Positions 9,641 to 19,494 of a DNA stretch of 64,000 bases are shown here, piece after piece. The number at the start of each line of letters is the position of its first letter. The stretch's first letter is position 1. The stretch is from a phage, in sequence record PZ452578.1, one strand, 5' to 3'. The notes beneath the pieces are model-generated. The model was not told the DNA's origin, made no database searches, and saw nothing but the letters and a program-made list of their open reading frames with translations. The translations under genes were made by a program, and so were the position numbers.

Positions 9641-11454
9641 TGGTGTTTAACCCTATGCATGATTTCTTTATTTTTGCCAAGATTAAATCCGCGCTCGTTC
9701 GGATTTCCCAAATAGCCGCATGTTCTTCTTATGGTGTTCATCTTTTTAGGATCAGTTTCTCCACAAATAGAACAAACAAATCCGTTTTCAGTAGGAGTCA
9801 TTTCATGGGTACTTCCGCATGTAAAACATTTATCTACTGGCATATTAACACCAAAATAATCTAAATGTTGTGCAGCATAATCCCATACGGCCTCAAGGCC
9901 TTTTAAGTTATTTTTCATATCAGGAAGTTCAACATAAGAAATGTGACCACCTGTCGCAATGAAATGATATGGCGCTTCACGAGAAATCTTTTCAAACGGA
10001 GTAATATTTTCTTCTACTGAAACATGGAAACTGTTAGTGTACCAACCTTTATCGGTAACATCTTTTACGCTTCCATATTTTTCTGTATCGAGTTTACAGA
10101 AGCGATAACAAAGGTTTTCAGCAGGAGTCGAATATAAACTAAAAGCAAATCCAGTTCTTTCAGTCCACTGTTTAAGATGAGCATTCATTTTAGTTAAAAT
10201 TTCCTGTCCAATATCACGACCGACAAGAATATTCAATTCATGAATACCAATGTATCCTAGGGACACTGAACTTCTACCGTTTTTAAATAACTCAATTATG
10301 TCGTCATCAGGTTTAAGACGAACCCCGAATGCACCTTCTTGGTAAAGAATAGGAGCAACAGTAGCTTTAACTCCTTTTAAGGAACTAATTCTACACATCA
10401 AAGCTTCAAAACACAAATCCATACGTTCATTGAATAATTCAACAAATTTCTGTTCGTTAAATTGTGTTCCAATATAAGAATCTAATGCAATGCGAGGAAG
10501 ATTCAGTGTTACAACACCAAGATTATTACGTCCATCAAGAATTTCATTACCAGTCGAATCTTTCCATACGCTCAAGAAACTACGGCATCCCATCGGAGAA
10601 ACAGGAATAGATGAACCAGTGATAGCTTTATTGTTCTTAGCTGAAATAATATCAGGATACATCCTTTTGCTTGCACACTCTAAAGCAAGCTGCTTAATAT
10701 CATAGTTCGGATCGTCTTTATAAAGATTAACACCTTCTTCAACAAACATAACAAGCTTAGGGAAAATAGGAGTTATCCCATCACGACCAAGACCTTTAAT
10801 ACGATTTTTCAGAATTGCTTTCTGAATCATTCGTTCAGTCCAGTCAGTTCCCGTACCAAATGTAATTGTTACAAAAGGCGTTTGTCCGTTTGAACTAAAG
10901 AGAGTATTTACTTCATATTCATAAGCTTGAAATGCATCGTATACGTCTTTTTCTGTTTTAGATTGAGCATAATTCAACGCATCGGCGATTTGCCATTTTT
11001 CTGCATCCTCAATATGTTTTGCATAGGTGCGTTTAACATAAGGAGAAAGTACTTTATCTACATTCGCAAAAGTCGTTCCGCCGTATTGGTGAGAAGCAAC
11101 TTGCGCAGTAATTTGTGCCATAATTGCAGTAGCAACTCCAATTGATTTAGGAGTTTCAATCTGTGCATTACCTAGCTTAAATCCGTTTTCAAGCATTCCT
11201 TTTAAATCTACTAAACAACAATTAGTAAATGGAAGAGCAGGGGAATAATCAATATCATGGAAATGAATAATTCCGCTTTCATGCGCTTTCATAATAAAAG
11301 ACGGGACCATATTTTTGGCAATGTGTTTAGACACAATACCAGCCATAAGGTCCCGTTGAGTTGGAAAAACACGAGAATCTTTATTAGCATTCTCGTTTAA
11401 AAGGTCTTTATTAGTTTTATGAATCAATCCTTCAATTTCTTTTTCAATTGTCAT
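9637..11454 (-). CDS. nrdD: Anaerobic ribonucleoside-triphosphate reductase (class III, glycyl radical enzyme), uninterrupted
   Basis: 605-aa continuous ORF; C-terminal Zn ribbon CFTCGSTHEMTPTENGFVCSICGE and glycyl radical motif RRTCGYLG. Confidence 0.93.
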   Translation of the reverse strand: MTIEKEIEGLIHKTNKDLLNENANKDSRVFPTQRDLMAGIVSKHIAKNMVPSFIMKAHESGIIHFHDIDYSPALPFTNCCLVDLKGMLENGFKLGNAQIETPKSIGVATAIMAQITAQVASHQYGGTTFANVDKVLSPYVKRTYAKHIEDAEKWQIADALNYAQSKTEKDVYDAFQAYEYEVNTLFSSNGQTPFVTITFGTGTDWTERMIQKAILKNRIKGLGRDGITPIFPKLVMFVEEGVNLYKDDPNYDIKQLALECASKRMYPDIISAKNNKAITGSSIPVSPMGCRSFLSVWKDSTGNEILDGRNNLGVVTLNLPRIALDSYIGTQFNEQKFVELFNERMDLCFEALMCRISSLKGVKATVAPILYQEGAFGVRLKPDDDIIELFKNGRSSVSLGYIGIHELNILVGRDIGQEILTKMNAHLKQWTERTGFAFSLYSTPAENLCYRFCKLDTEKYGSVKDVTDKGWYTNSFHVSVEENITPFEKISREAPYHFIATGGHISYVELPDMKNNLKGLEAVWDYAAQHLDYFGVNMPVDKCFTCGSTHEMTPTENGFVCSICGETDPKKMNTIRRTCGYLGNPNERGFNLGKNKEIMHRVKHQ

Positions 11455-11924
11455 TTTAAACTCTTTCTAAGCTGCTTCTTAAATGAAGCTATTAACTGTG
11501 TTTTGGTGTCAGATTCATTATATTCAAATCCTCTTTGAAGCATCTCGGCCATCATTTCCTCTTTTCCTAAACGAGAAAATTCCTTTGATTTATCTCCAAC
11601 AAAGTTAGGGTGAATATTATTTTGGGTGTAATCGGATTTTAAATAAGTAAGTAAATTTTCTAACCATTCAAGATAATCAACCCCTTGTCCCTTTAAGCCA
11701 GAACGATTAAATTTGTGCTTCATTTGACCTTCTGCGGCATTGCAGAGATTACAAAGCAATCCACGCACCTTTCCTGCTTTTGGTCCATTTAATTCATGGT
11801 CATGGTCGAGGTGATTAGCTTGAACATCAGGATTTAGTTCTCGTTGGCAAATTAAGCATTTACCGTTTTGTGCATTATAAAATTTCTGTTTTTCTTCTTT
11901 GTATAATTTGCCAGTCAATAACAT
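11451..11924 (-). CDS. 49: Endonuclease VII (Holliday junction resolvase)
   Basis: 157 aa; Zn-binding CLICQ...CNLCN and H-N-H-like core HLDHDHELNG. Confidence 0.9.
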   Translation of the reverse strand: MLLTGKLYKEEKQKFYNAQNGKCLICQRELNPDVQANHLDHDHELNGPKAGKVRGLLCNLCNAAEGQMKHKFNRSGLKGQGVDYLEWLENLLTYLKSDYTQNNIHPNFVGDKSKEFSRLGKEEMMAEMLQRGFEYNESDTKTQLIASFKKQLRKSLK

Positions 11925-11965
11925 AATAAACCCTTACCTTAAATAGATAAGGGTATTTATTATTT

Positions 11966-12469
11966 TCAAGTATTATAAAACATTTGATGCAATCGCTTAT
12001 ATTGCTGAATCATTCGATCAGAAAAAGAAATTTGAGTTTCAAGCCATTCAATGTACTCTGCGGCAGCTTGCATCAGGTTACCTTCATAGCCATCGTTATT
12101 TTCTTGTGCAGCTAATTTAGCTAATGCGTATGAAATACGTTCACCTTGAAAATCGGCTTTAGGCTTCTGAACAACTTGATTAGTTCGCTCTACAACTTCT
12201 TCAATTTCGCCATTTTCTACTGATTCAGTATTCCACAAGCACCAATACGTAATTGGCTTATCGTAGATGTTAATAATCTTTCCATCAGAAAGTTCAATTT
12301 CAATAATTCCAGTATCAGGTTCTATATCATCTTCACATTCTTTTGCAAGTTCACGAACTTTAAAGACAGTACCTGCACTAAGTTCCGGCCAGTAATTACA
12401 CAACCCTGTATCAGCACGATTAATTCTAAACCACTTATCTACTGTAATCATGTCCCATCTCCATATCAA
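11966..12469 (-). CDS. Hypothetical protein (167 aa)
   Basis: ORF track; real start may be the internal Met (MITVDKWF). Confidence 0.5.
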   Translation of the reverse strand: MIWRWDMITVDKWFRINRADTGLCNYWPELSAGTVFKVRELAKECEDDIEPDTGIIEIELSDGKIINIYDKPITYWCLWNTESVENGEIEEVVERTNQVVQKPKADFQGERISYALAKLAAQENNDGYEGNLMQAAAEYIEWLETQISFSDRMIQQYKRLHQMFYNT

Positions 12470-12574
12470 TTAAGTCATTTATCGTTGGTTCATTATATAC
12501 TGTTTCTTCATCAGTATAAACCGGTTCTTCCGGCTCTGGCTCTACAGTTTCCCATCTAGCCGCCCACCAGGGTT

Positions 12575-12895
12575 TTATAGCGTAATCCATTCTCGTACTG
12601 TCTGAGTTACTACACGTTCTCGAGGTTCGACTAGTTCAACAGTCGGAACTGCATAATACCAGTCAGAATGATAAGAACCTGAACGGCATTCATTTACGGA
12701 AACATGTACATTATGTTTTGGACTAAAATAAACACACTGACGATATTGGCATTTACCATCTTGCACCCAGTCTTCTATTTCGATAGGTTTAAGATAGTCA
12801 GAAAAATCGAAATCATAGTTTTCCGAAAATGCATCATGGTCTTCGATGATTTCACTCAGAACTGCATCAACATCTAATTTATTTTCAGTATTCAT
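12575..12895 (-). CDS. Hypothetical acidic protein (106 aa)
   Basis: ORF track. Confidence 0.45.
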   Translation of the reverse strand: MNTENKLDVDAVLSEIIEDHDAFSENYDFDFSDYLKPIEIEDWVQDGKCQYRQCVYFSPKHNVHVSVNECRSGSYHSDWYYAVPTVELVEPRERVVTQTVREWITL

Positions 12896-12905
12896 TTTTC
12901 ACCAA

Positions 12906-13115
12906 TTAATTTCGCAATTTATCAAGTTCTTCATAATCAATCCAGGATTCTAATCCTGATGGCAAATCAGATTCAATTTCCCAAAGAAGTTCTTCAATTT
13001 TATGAAGACGATCTAATTCTTCAGCTGGAATAGTAACCATTGATGGAGTTCTTGATACACTAATATCGTAAATCATATTTACCCCAGTTTGACCATACAA
13101 TCGCCGTATTTCCAC
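12906..13115 (-). CDS. Hypothetical protein (69 aa)
   Basis: ORF track. Confidence 0.35.
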   Translation of the reverse strand: MEIRRLYGQTGVNMIYDISVSRTPSMVTIPAEELDRLHKIEELLWEIESDLPSGLESWIDYEELDKLRN

Positions 13116-13294
13116 TTAGAAATAGACTTTTCGCCATTAGAATAATAAACTTCAAGTTTAGCACGGTTATTTTTAATTTGAATAACCTTTGCTGTCATCA
13201 AAGTTCCATACCCATAATAAACTGCAACTTCATCACCTACATATACCGCGCTTCCGCGGTAGTCATGGATATAATCAGTTCCTTCAAGCATCAT
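13079..13294 (-). CDS. Hypothetical protein (71 aa)
   Basis: ORF track; stop overlaps nrdC start. Confidence 0.4.
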   Translation of the reverse strand: MMLEGTDYIHDYRGSAVYVGDEVAVYYGYGTLMTAKVIQIKNNRAKLEVYYSNGEKSISKWKYGDCMVKLG

Positions 13295-13554
13295 TTAAAG
13301 TATTCCCGCAATTGGTCAAATCCACCAATATGACTTCCATCAGGAGCAAATACCTGAGGCATTGTCAAGCCGATTTGAGTATCACGACCTAGTTTAGTCA
13401 GAAGCTCAGCGATTTTCTCATCATCAAAAACACCTTTTTCCGGCATAATGTTGATAAATTCAAACGGCTGTTTCTTCACGGTCAAAAGACGTTTTGCATT
13501 ATCACAATACACGCATTTATGAATGTTGCTATCATAACCATATACTTTAAACAT
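13291..13554 (-). CDS. nrdC: Glutaredoxin (T4 thioredoxin)
   Basis: 87 aa MFKVYGYDSNIHKCVYCDNAKRLL...; CVYC active site; matches T4 NrdC as I recall it. Confidence 0.85.
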   Translation of the reverse strand: MFKVYGYDSNIHKCVYCDNAKRLLTVKKQPFEFINIMPEKGVFDDEKIAELLTKLGRDTQIGLTMPQVFAPDGSHIGGFDQLREYFK

Positions 13555-13555
13555 A

Positions 13556-13813
13556 TTATTCCTTAATTCCTAGTACTTGTTTAAAAGTCTCGTCGTAATC
13601 AAGACTTTGGCCCGTTTGTTCTTTATATTTGTATATAATATCACTTACTTCTGATAGCATATTTTTATATGAACGAGTTAAAGCTGATTTAAGCACGCTG
13701 TATCTATCAGGAAATTTACCATGTTCATTATAATACGCTATTGCTAATTCACGGACTGCCTTTTCAGCAGTCTCCATATATTCTTTACGCTTGGTCATTT
13801 TCTTCTCGGTCAA
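13556..13813 (-). CDS. Hypothetical protein (85 aa)
   Basis: ORF track. Confidence 0.45.
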   Translation of the reverse strand: MTEKKMTKRKEYMETAEKAVRELAIAYYNEHGKFPDRYSVLKSALTRSYKNMLSEVSDIIYKYKEQTGQSLDYDETFKQVLGIKE

Positions 13814-14099
13814 ATCGGTGTTTACAATGGCGACATTTATAACGAAGATTATTAGTCTGCCAATGGACTAATTGCACCTGTTCAGTTCCACACTCAGGGC
13901 AATTAGGAACGTTTTTAGAAGCCCTTTCGCGACGTTCAACCATGACCATTACAGAATCCCAATTAATAGGGCTGCTATAATCATCACAACCATAAATCTT
14001 TCCACGCATTTCCAGATCGTCTTCTTCACCAGCCATAATAATTTTAATTAGACTAGAATTACTTGAAGCTGCAATATCTTCTAATAAACGCTTTTTCAT
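13785..14099 (-). CDS. Zinc-ribbon protein (104 aa)
   Basis: CPECG...CRHCKH four-Cys ribbon. Confidence 0.45.
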   Translation of the reverse strand: MKKRLLEDIAASSNSSLIKIIMAGEEDDLEMRGKIYGCDDYSSPINWDSVMVMVERRERASKNVPNCPECGTEQVQLVHWQTNNLRYKCRHCKHRFDREENDQA

Positions 14100-15025
14100 T
14101 TCAGTACCTCAATAGCATTACGTAAACCATTTGCTTTTGCATTAAGAGCTTTTAACAATTTGGTGTGTTCTGCAATTTGGGCTTCAACTTCAATCAAACG
14201 AGCATTGAGATATTCGCGTTCTTCGCTCAAGTTATCAACCTTTTCTACTTTAGGCTCTTTTACAACTGTCTTATATGTATTAGGGTTCTTCAGTTTAATT
14301 AGAATGCGTGAACTGTATAACATTGAACCATTATCTTCGGTTTCGTCATACATTTCTACTACGTCCATAATTTCTAACATCACGCGAAGTTTATAAGACA
14401 ACGAACGAATAGTTTTGTTGTGCTTATTAATTTCTTTAGCTGTCATGGTGCCGAGATTACGTGAGTAATAATAAGGAACCTGGATATTAATTAATACTGA
14501 TGAACCACCTGGCTTGTGTGTTACTTCATCAGCAATAACCCAGTCCTTAACGTGAACTGTATTTGTACGGTCATCGCCCGCGGTAAATAGTTTGCGAGCA
14601 TGCTTAAAAAGCATATTCACTTGGTCATTGAATTGACAAGCAAATTTATCAGCAAATTTGGTTTCAGGAATGGTAGAAAACCAATTAGCCAAATGAGTCT
14701 TTTTAACATCATTAACAATAGTAAATTCAACCAAATCGGTTATAGATGTCTCAGATTTAATGAAGCTCGGCTTCATAAAGTTTTTAATGTTCTCATGAGC
14801 TACAGTAGAAGATAACATACGAGAACGTTTAAACCATTCAAGCAAATTGCCTAACGAATGAGAATAAGCGTTTTGAGTATCTTTACAGATATGATTTTCC
14901 TGGCCAACATATTGAAGGAAATCACGAAGAATATTATTGATTACTGCTCTGTGTCCTATCTGATAATTACGATGTTTAGTAATAAGACTATCAAAATAAT
15001 CAATATAATGTTTACGAGTTTTCAT
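14096..15025 (-). CDS. Hypothetical protein, member A of a 4-gene paralog array with C-terminal coiled coil
   Basis: 309 aa; N-term MKTRKHY; core shares FKHARKLF / MDVV motifs with the three ORFs upstream. Confidence 0.55.
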   Translation of the reverse strand: MKTRKHYIDYFDSLITKHRNYQIGHRAVINNILRDFLQYVGQENHICKDTQNAYSHSLGNLLEWFKRSRMLSSTVAHENIKNFMKPSFIKSETSITDLVEFTIVNDVKKTHLANWFSTIPETKFADKFACQFNDQVNMLFKHARKLFTAGDDRTNTVHVKDWVIADEVTHKPGGSSVLINIQVPYYYSRNLGTMTAKEINKHNKTIRSLSYKLRVMLEIMDVVEMYDETEDNGSMLYSSRILIKLKNPNTYKTVVKEPKVEKVDNLSEEREYLNARLIEVEAQIAEHTKLLKALNAKANGLRNAIEVLK

Positions 15026-15079
15026 GTTCTTCTCACTTGGTTAATGATTTATGCTCCGAGCCATCCTTGGCTTTAAATT

Positions 15080-16081
15080 TTACTTAATTAACTGTAAAGC
15101 TTGTTCTAGACGATCAAGACGATTAACAGATTCTTCCCAAATCCTTTTAGCCTGCTCATATTCTTTGTGCGCTTTATTAGAAATTTCTAGAACTTCTTTA
15201 TAAGCTTTTTCTAGTGCAATAACTTCTGGACGAATTTCTATCGGTTCAGGTGAATCGTCAAGACATTCCATTAGTTCCTCAAGGGTAGTTTCTTCTTTAG
15301 GAGTATTCACAATTTCATCACATTTTTGTTGATAAATTTCTTTATCAGTAGGTGAGTACGCGCACTTTACTTCACGAAGACTAATTACAATTTTATATCC
15401 TTCCCAGCCGCATATATTCTTAAAAGGATATGTATGAATATTTTCTACTGTTTCCATACAAAGTAATGCGGTCTCTAATTGACGAGTTATAGTGCTAGCA
15501 ATTGAGAAAAATTTATTAATATTCTTTTGGTTAGTTTCTGGTGTAAAAAATCTGTAATTAATAAAAATAGCTACTTTGTTTTTATCAAGCTCATATTCTT
15601 CTGCTATAATCATATCATCAGCTAAGGGATGAATTTGACGATAATCGCCATAACATAATTTAGAAGCTGATTTTAGAATTTGCTTCGTAAAACTCCTAAA
15701 TTCACTAACCCAACGACGAGTAAAAATATTCTCAGGGTCTTCTTTAGTATTAAGATGATAAGTATTAACATCACCGAACCAATTGTATCCTACTACATCT
15801 TTGGTTCGTTTAATTTCTTTCCCAAATTTACCAAGAATATCTTGATTAACTAAATATGAAAGAAGACGAGACCCTTTAAAGGTTTCCTTAATATCATCTT
15901 TATCTGCACGACTAGAAATTTTATGAACTTCATGAATAAATTTGCTGGAAGAAACAATACTTGCATCAGTATTATTGAGCCATTGATTGATAATGGAAAT
16001 AACGCTATTCTGACTAGACATAGGTTTAACTTTATCATCAATAACGCTATTGAATGATTTGATATATTCGTTACGAGTCAT
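15080..16081 (-). CDS. Hypothetical protein, paralog B (coiled-coil C-terminus)
   Basis: Start set at internal ATG 16079-16081 (MTRNEY...) preceded by GAGGAG SD and early promoter; 333 aa. Confidence 0.55.
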   Translation of the reverse strand: MTRNEYIKSFNSVIDDKVKPMSSQNSVISIINQWLNNTDASIVSSSKFIHEVHKISSRADKDDIKETFKGSRLLSYLVNQDILGKFGKEIKRTKDVVGYNWFGDVNTYHLNTKEDPENIFTRRWVSEFRSFTKQILKSASKLCYGDYRQIHPLADDMIIAEEYELDKNKVAIFINYRFFTPETNQKNINKFFSIASTITRQLETALLCMETVENIHTYPFKNICGWEGYKIVISLREVKCAYSPTDKEIYQQKCDEIVNTPKEETTLEELMECLDDSPEPIEIRPEVIALEKAYKEVLEISNKAHKEYEQAKRIWEESVNRLDRLEQALQLIK

Positions 16082-16109
16082 ATTAATCTCCTCAGTAGAA
16101 AGTAAGAAC

Positions 16110-16139
16110 ATTATACCACATCCTTGTGGCGAAGTAAAC
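16110..16139 (-). promoter_or_regulatory. T4-type early promoter
   Basis: minus strand GTTTAC-18nt-TATAAT with TGG extension; 25 nt upstream of ATG 16081. Confidence 0.55.
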
Positions 16140-17158
16140 TAGTTTAGTGCATTTAGTGCATTGTTCAGTTTAGAACGTTGCTTCGTGAGATTTTTGACTT
16201 TTTCTTGAGCTTTTTCTAGCATCTTTTCAGCTTCTAGCACTTCATTAGTTGCTTTGACGAGTTCATCATCTACTGCCTTGATAGACTTCTCAATCGCATC
16301 CGCGTGCCATTTTTCAACAGGTTTAAGACTCGGATTTTCAACAGGAAGAAAATTCACTTTATTGAATTTCCATGCATCTTTATTACCTGAACTATACATC
16401 CAAAATTTAGGATCGTTTGATGAGTAATTAGATAAATTTAAGTTATCTTGCACTTCTTGCTTTTTCTCTTGCGGGACTTCGTCCTTTCTCAAAAAATCGT
16501 ATTTAAATGAAACGATCATATCAAGTTCATATGTTGTTGTATGTTCCCAATTTCGCTCAAAACGAGGTAAAATCTTAGAATGAACTGCAGCAACAACATC
16601 CATATACTTAAATGCTTCTGTCAACTGCGATTTAAGGCATTCGCAAATTGAAAGAGAATTTTTTGTATTAGGTTTAAAGCTAATTCGTGCAGTTCTATTA
16701 TTTTCTTTTAATGGTCTTACTTCCATCTGAAGAGTATAACCATCAAATTTCAAGTTCTTTAAGTTAATGTCAGAACCTTTTAATCGACTAGCCGTCGACA
16801 AAATTTGCTTTAATTGTTTACGGAATAGAGCAATAAATCTCCATTCAATACGATAATGATTTGGATTGAAAAATCCAGATGATAAATCGACCTTACTCTG
16901 ACCAACACCTTGAACAAATAGAGGATTTTTATAATCAATAGTTTTACAGAAATCGGTGAGCTGCTCACGAGCAGTCATTTGTGTAATATACCCCGCTTTA
17001 CTAAAATGACGTAATAATTCACTGCTATTTAGATATTTAAAGTGAATAGCACGATTAACTTTATCAGGGTCTAAATTATTTTCACACAAAAATGTCATAA
17101 CATTACGAGTATCGCTGCCAGTACGAACCATATCTTCAATTTGAGAACGAGTTTTCAT
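16139..17158 (-). CDS. Hypothetical protein, paralog C (coiled-coil C-terminus)
   Basis: 339 aa; FRKQLKQILSTASRL core resembles RSFTKQILKSASKL of paralog B. Confidence 0.55.
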   Translation of the reverse strand: MKTRSQIEDMVRTGSDTRNVMTFLCENNLDPDKVNRAIHFKYLNSSELLRHFSKAGYITQMTAREQLTDFCKTIDYKNPLFVQGVGQSKVDLSSGFFNPNHYRIEWRFIALFRKQLKQILSTASRLKGSDINLKNLKFDGYTLQMEVRPLKENNRTARISFKPNTKNSLSICECLKSQLTEAFKYMDVVAAVHSKILPRFERNWEHTTTYELDMIVSFKYDFLRKDEVPQEKKQEVQDNLNLSNYSSNDPKFWMYSSGNKDAWKFNKVNFLPVENPSLKPVEKWHADAIEKSIKAVDDELVKATNEVLEAEKMLEKAQEKVKNLTKQRSKLNNALNALN

Positions 17159-17166
17159 GGTGTTCC

Positions 17167-18081
17167 TTAAGATTTAAGTAAATCAACAATTTTAATTAAC
17201 TTTTCACGCTCAGATTTAGCTTTACTACTCAGTCCAGATAGTCTGAAAATTTCATCATCATATTGTTGAATAGAAATATTCAGCTCTTCAATCTGTTTAT
17301 TAAAATAATCAATTTGTTCAGAATGTTTTTCGTTACTACGAAATGGTACAGGTTTTGTAGGCAATTTAGTTGAATTGGATTCATCCGGGCGATAAATTAA
17401 AATACAACTTGAACCAATCGGACATTTAGCACCAGATGAATATTCTAACGTTCCAGCTTCTTTTAAAACTTCAAAAGCTAAACAGAGATGATGCCCCATA
17501 TTGACATAATCTGTAGAGTGAGCTCTGACATAATAATCATCTCCACGAGTACTAAATTTAAAGCATTTAAGGTCTTCTGTATTATTAGTTTTAAAAATCA
17601 TTTGTTTATCTAGACCTTTAGCTAATCGAGCGCCTAATGCTAATAATCGTCGTTGATTTTCCCACAAATCCGCAATCATTTGGTCAAATGATAATTTTGG
17701 CATTAGTCGACCATAAAGGTCATATCCTTTATTATAATTACGAAGGATTTCACTCGCGTTAATACGAGACAACGCTCCAATTTTATTAAGGGCTTTCATA
17801 ATACGATTAGATAAACTCATTCCAGACCCGTTTGTTCGCCGTAAATGTTTTTCTAATCCAAATCCAATATCAACTTTAAATTTATCTAAAATTTCAGCAT
17901 GAACATCTCTGTCAATAACATTCAAATCCAAAGTTGGGTTAAATCTATGAAAAAATTTATCTGGCTCTCCACGACGAAGTACAGTCCATTCATTCATCAT
18001 TTTTTTATTAACTAAAGATTTAATTACTGCATTGACATTATTAATTGCTACTGACATATTTTCCTCACTCAATTTTACCAA
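17167..18081 (-). CDS. Hypothetical protein, paralog D (coiled-coil C-terminus)
   Basis: 304 aa; same architecture, more divergent. Confidence 0.5.
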   Translation of the reverse strand: MVKLSEENMSVAINNVNAVIKSLVNKKMMNEWTVLRRGEPDKFFHRFNPTLDLNVIDRDVHAEILDKFKVDIGFGLEKHLRRTNGSGMSLSNRIMKALNKIGALSRINASEILRNYNKGYDLYGRLMPKLSFDQMIADLWENQRRLLALGARLAKGLDKQMIFKTNNTEDLKCFKFSTRGDDYYVRAHSTDYVNMGHHLCLAFEVLKEAGTLEYSSGAKCPIGSSCILIYRPDESNSTKLPTKPVPFRSNEKHSEQIDYFNKQIEELNISIQQYDDEIFRLSGLSSKAKSEREKLIKIVDLLKS

Positions 18082-18466
18082 TTACGCGGAATAAGATTGA
18101 ACAGACTATATAAGTACCACATATAGATTGAACTAATGCCATTCCAAAGAACCAAACAATATTATCAAACAGTGTCTGTTTTACGTCGAAAGGACGTAAA
18201 CTTACAATAATATTATCACCTTTTTCTATTGAAGAATACATCTCTGGGGAAATATATTCACTAAATCTATAACCGTCTTTGAGTTCATATACGGCAATAA
18301 ACGATAAACTAGACCCCTTTCCTTGTGTTCCTGTAATAGTATTAACTACAGTAACATCATAATCTTTATAATGCATATAATCATTAATTGCGTAATAACC
18401 ATATGCAACTACTACACATAAACAGCATATCAATAAATTCAATCTTTTAATTATCAACTGTTTCAT
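18065..18466 (-). CDS. Membrane protein (133 aa, 2 TM)
   Basis: N- and C-terminal hydrophobic helices. Confidence 0.45.
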   Translation of the reverse strand: MKQLIIKRLNLLICCLCVVVAYGYYAINDYMHYKDYDVTVVNTITGTQGKGSSLSFIAVYELKDGYRFSEYISPEMYSSIEKGDNIIVSLRPFDVKQTLFDNIVWFFGMALVQSICGTYIVCSILFRVIGKIE

Positions 18467-18521
18467 AATAATCTCAATTAAAAGGGCTTAGAACCATTAT
18501 ACCATCCTTGGTATAAAGCGG

Positions 18522-19049
18522 TTATGCGAGTACCGTCTTTAACCGTTCTTCAAACTTCCGAAGAGTATTCTGGCGTTCAGCTCTTTGCTTTTTGTAAGTT
18601 TCAATACGCTCTGAAATGAGAGTGTATCGTTCATTTACTGATTCTTTCATAAAATCAGGAATTTCACGAGAAGCTTTAATCTCGTCAAATTTATCAATAA
18701 CAGCTTGCTCTTCAGCAATTAAGTTATCATACATCAAAATATCTTTCTTGATGAACTCAATATCTTCTTGAGTTACACGAGATAACTTAGATGCTTTATC
18801 CTTTTTGTACTGTTCGTTAGTATCACGAGACCAGTGTAATGCACGATTTTTATTCGTATTTTTGTAAATTTCTACAATACCAATCTCATCAATAATAACG
18901 ATCCAATTCCAACGGGATTTGTAAATCTGCCCTCCATCAACCGTAATTTCACCTCCGATTGAGATGTCATTAAAGAACTTGCTTTGTGCTTCTGATTTAA
19001 ATTTACCATCGTTGTAATTTACCAGGTTGAAAATATCTTTAGCGTTCAT
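18522..19049 (-). CDS. Hypothetical protein (175 aa)
   Basis: Start set at ATG 19047-19049 (MNAKDIF...); upstream part of track ORF is read-through of the promoter repeat. Confidence 0.5.
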   Translation of the reverse strand: MNAKDIFNLVNYNDGKFKSEAQSKFFNDISIGGEITVDGGQIYKSRWNWIVIIDEIGIVEIYKNTNKNRALHWSRDTNEQYKKDKASKLSRVTQEDIEFIKKDILMYDNLIAEEQAVIDKFDEIKASREIPDFMKESVNERYTLISERIETYKKQRAERQNTLRKFEERLKTVLA

Positions 19050-19077
19050 TTTGTGTTCCTCCGTAGTTGATAGTTGT

Positions 19078-19107
19078 ATAGTACCACAGAGGAACGGTCT
19101 TGTAAAC
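19078..19107 (-). promoter_or_regulatory. T4-type early promoter (repeat family)
   Basis: minus strand GTTTAC-18nt-TACTAT with TGTGG; shares agttgatagttgtatagtacca block with 21196-21225 and 36237-36261. Confidence 0.5.
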
Positions 19108-19109
19108 AA

Positions 19110-19424
19110 CTAAAAGAAACTTCTTTCACAATTTTTTCCACTGAACCAAGCGCTCACTGCTTTCTTAGTCTCAGGAGCAGTGTTATCCATAAACCATTCA
19201 AAGGCAGCCTTTTTATGATTCTGGAGGGCTTCTCGGGCTTTAATCTGCTCACGGTCTATTAACACTAACATATGAGCCTTTCTTGTCACCATGGGCTTCT
19301 TATGATTTTTTGAATACTCCCAATCATTTGTCCATCGCATCGTTGTTGCGAATTGAAGTACAGCTTCTTTAATTTTAGTTTCGTAAATTTCACGAGCCTT
19401 TGAGTATAACATCATTACCTCCAT
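19110..19424 (-). CDS. Hypothetical protein (104 aa)
   Basis: ORF track. Confidence 0.4.
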   Translation of the reverse strand: MEVMMLYSKAREIYETKIKEAVLQFATTMRWTNDWEYSKNHKKPMVTRKAHMLVLIDREQIKAREALQNHKKAAFEWFMDNTAPETKKAVSAWFSGKNCERSFF

Positions 19425-19494
19425 TTACCAGTTTAATTCTAGTCATCTTTTTAATGGCAGTCCATATAATCTATTTCTGAACTGCCTTTTTGTC

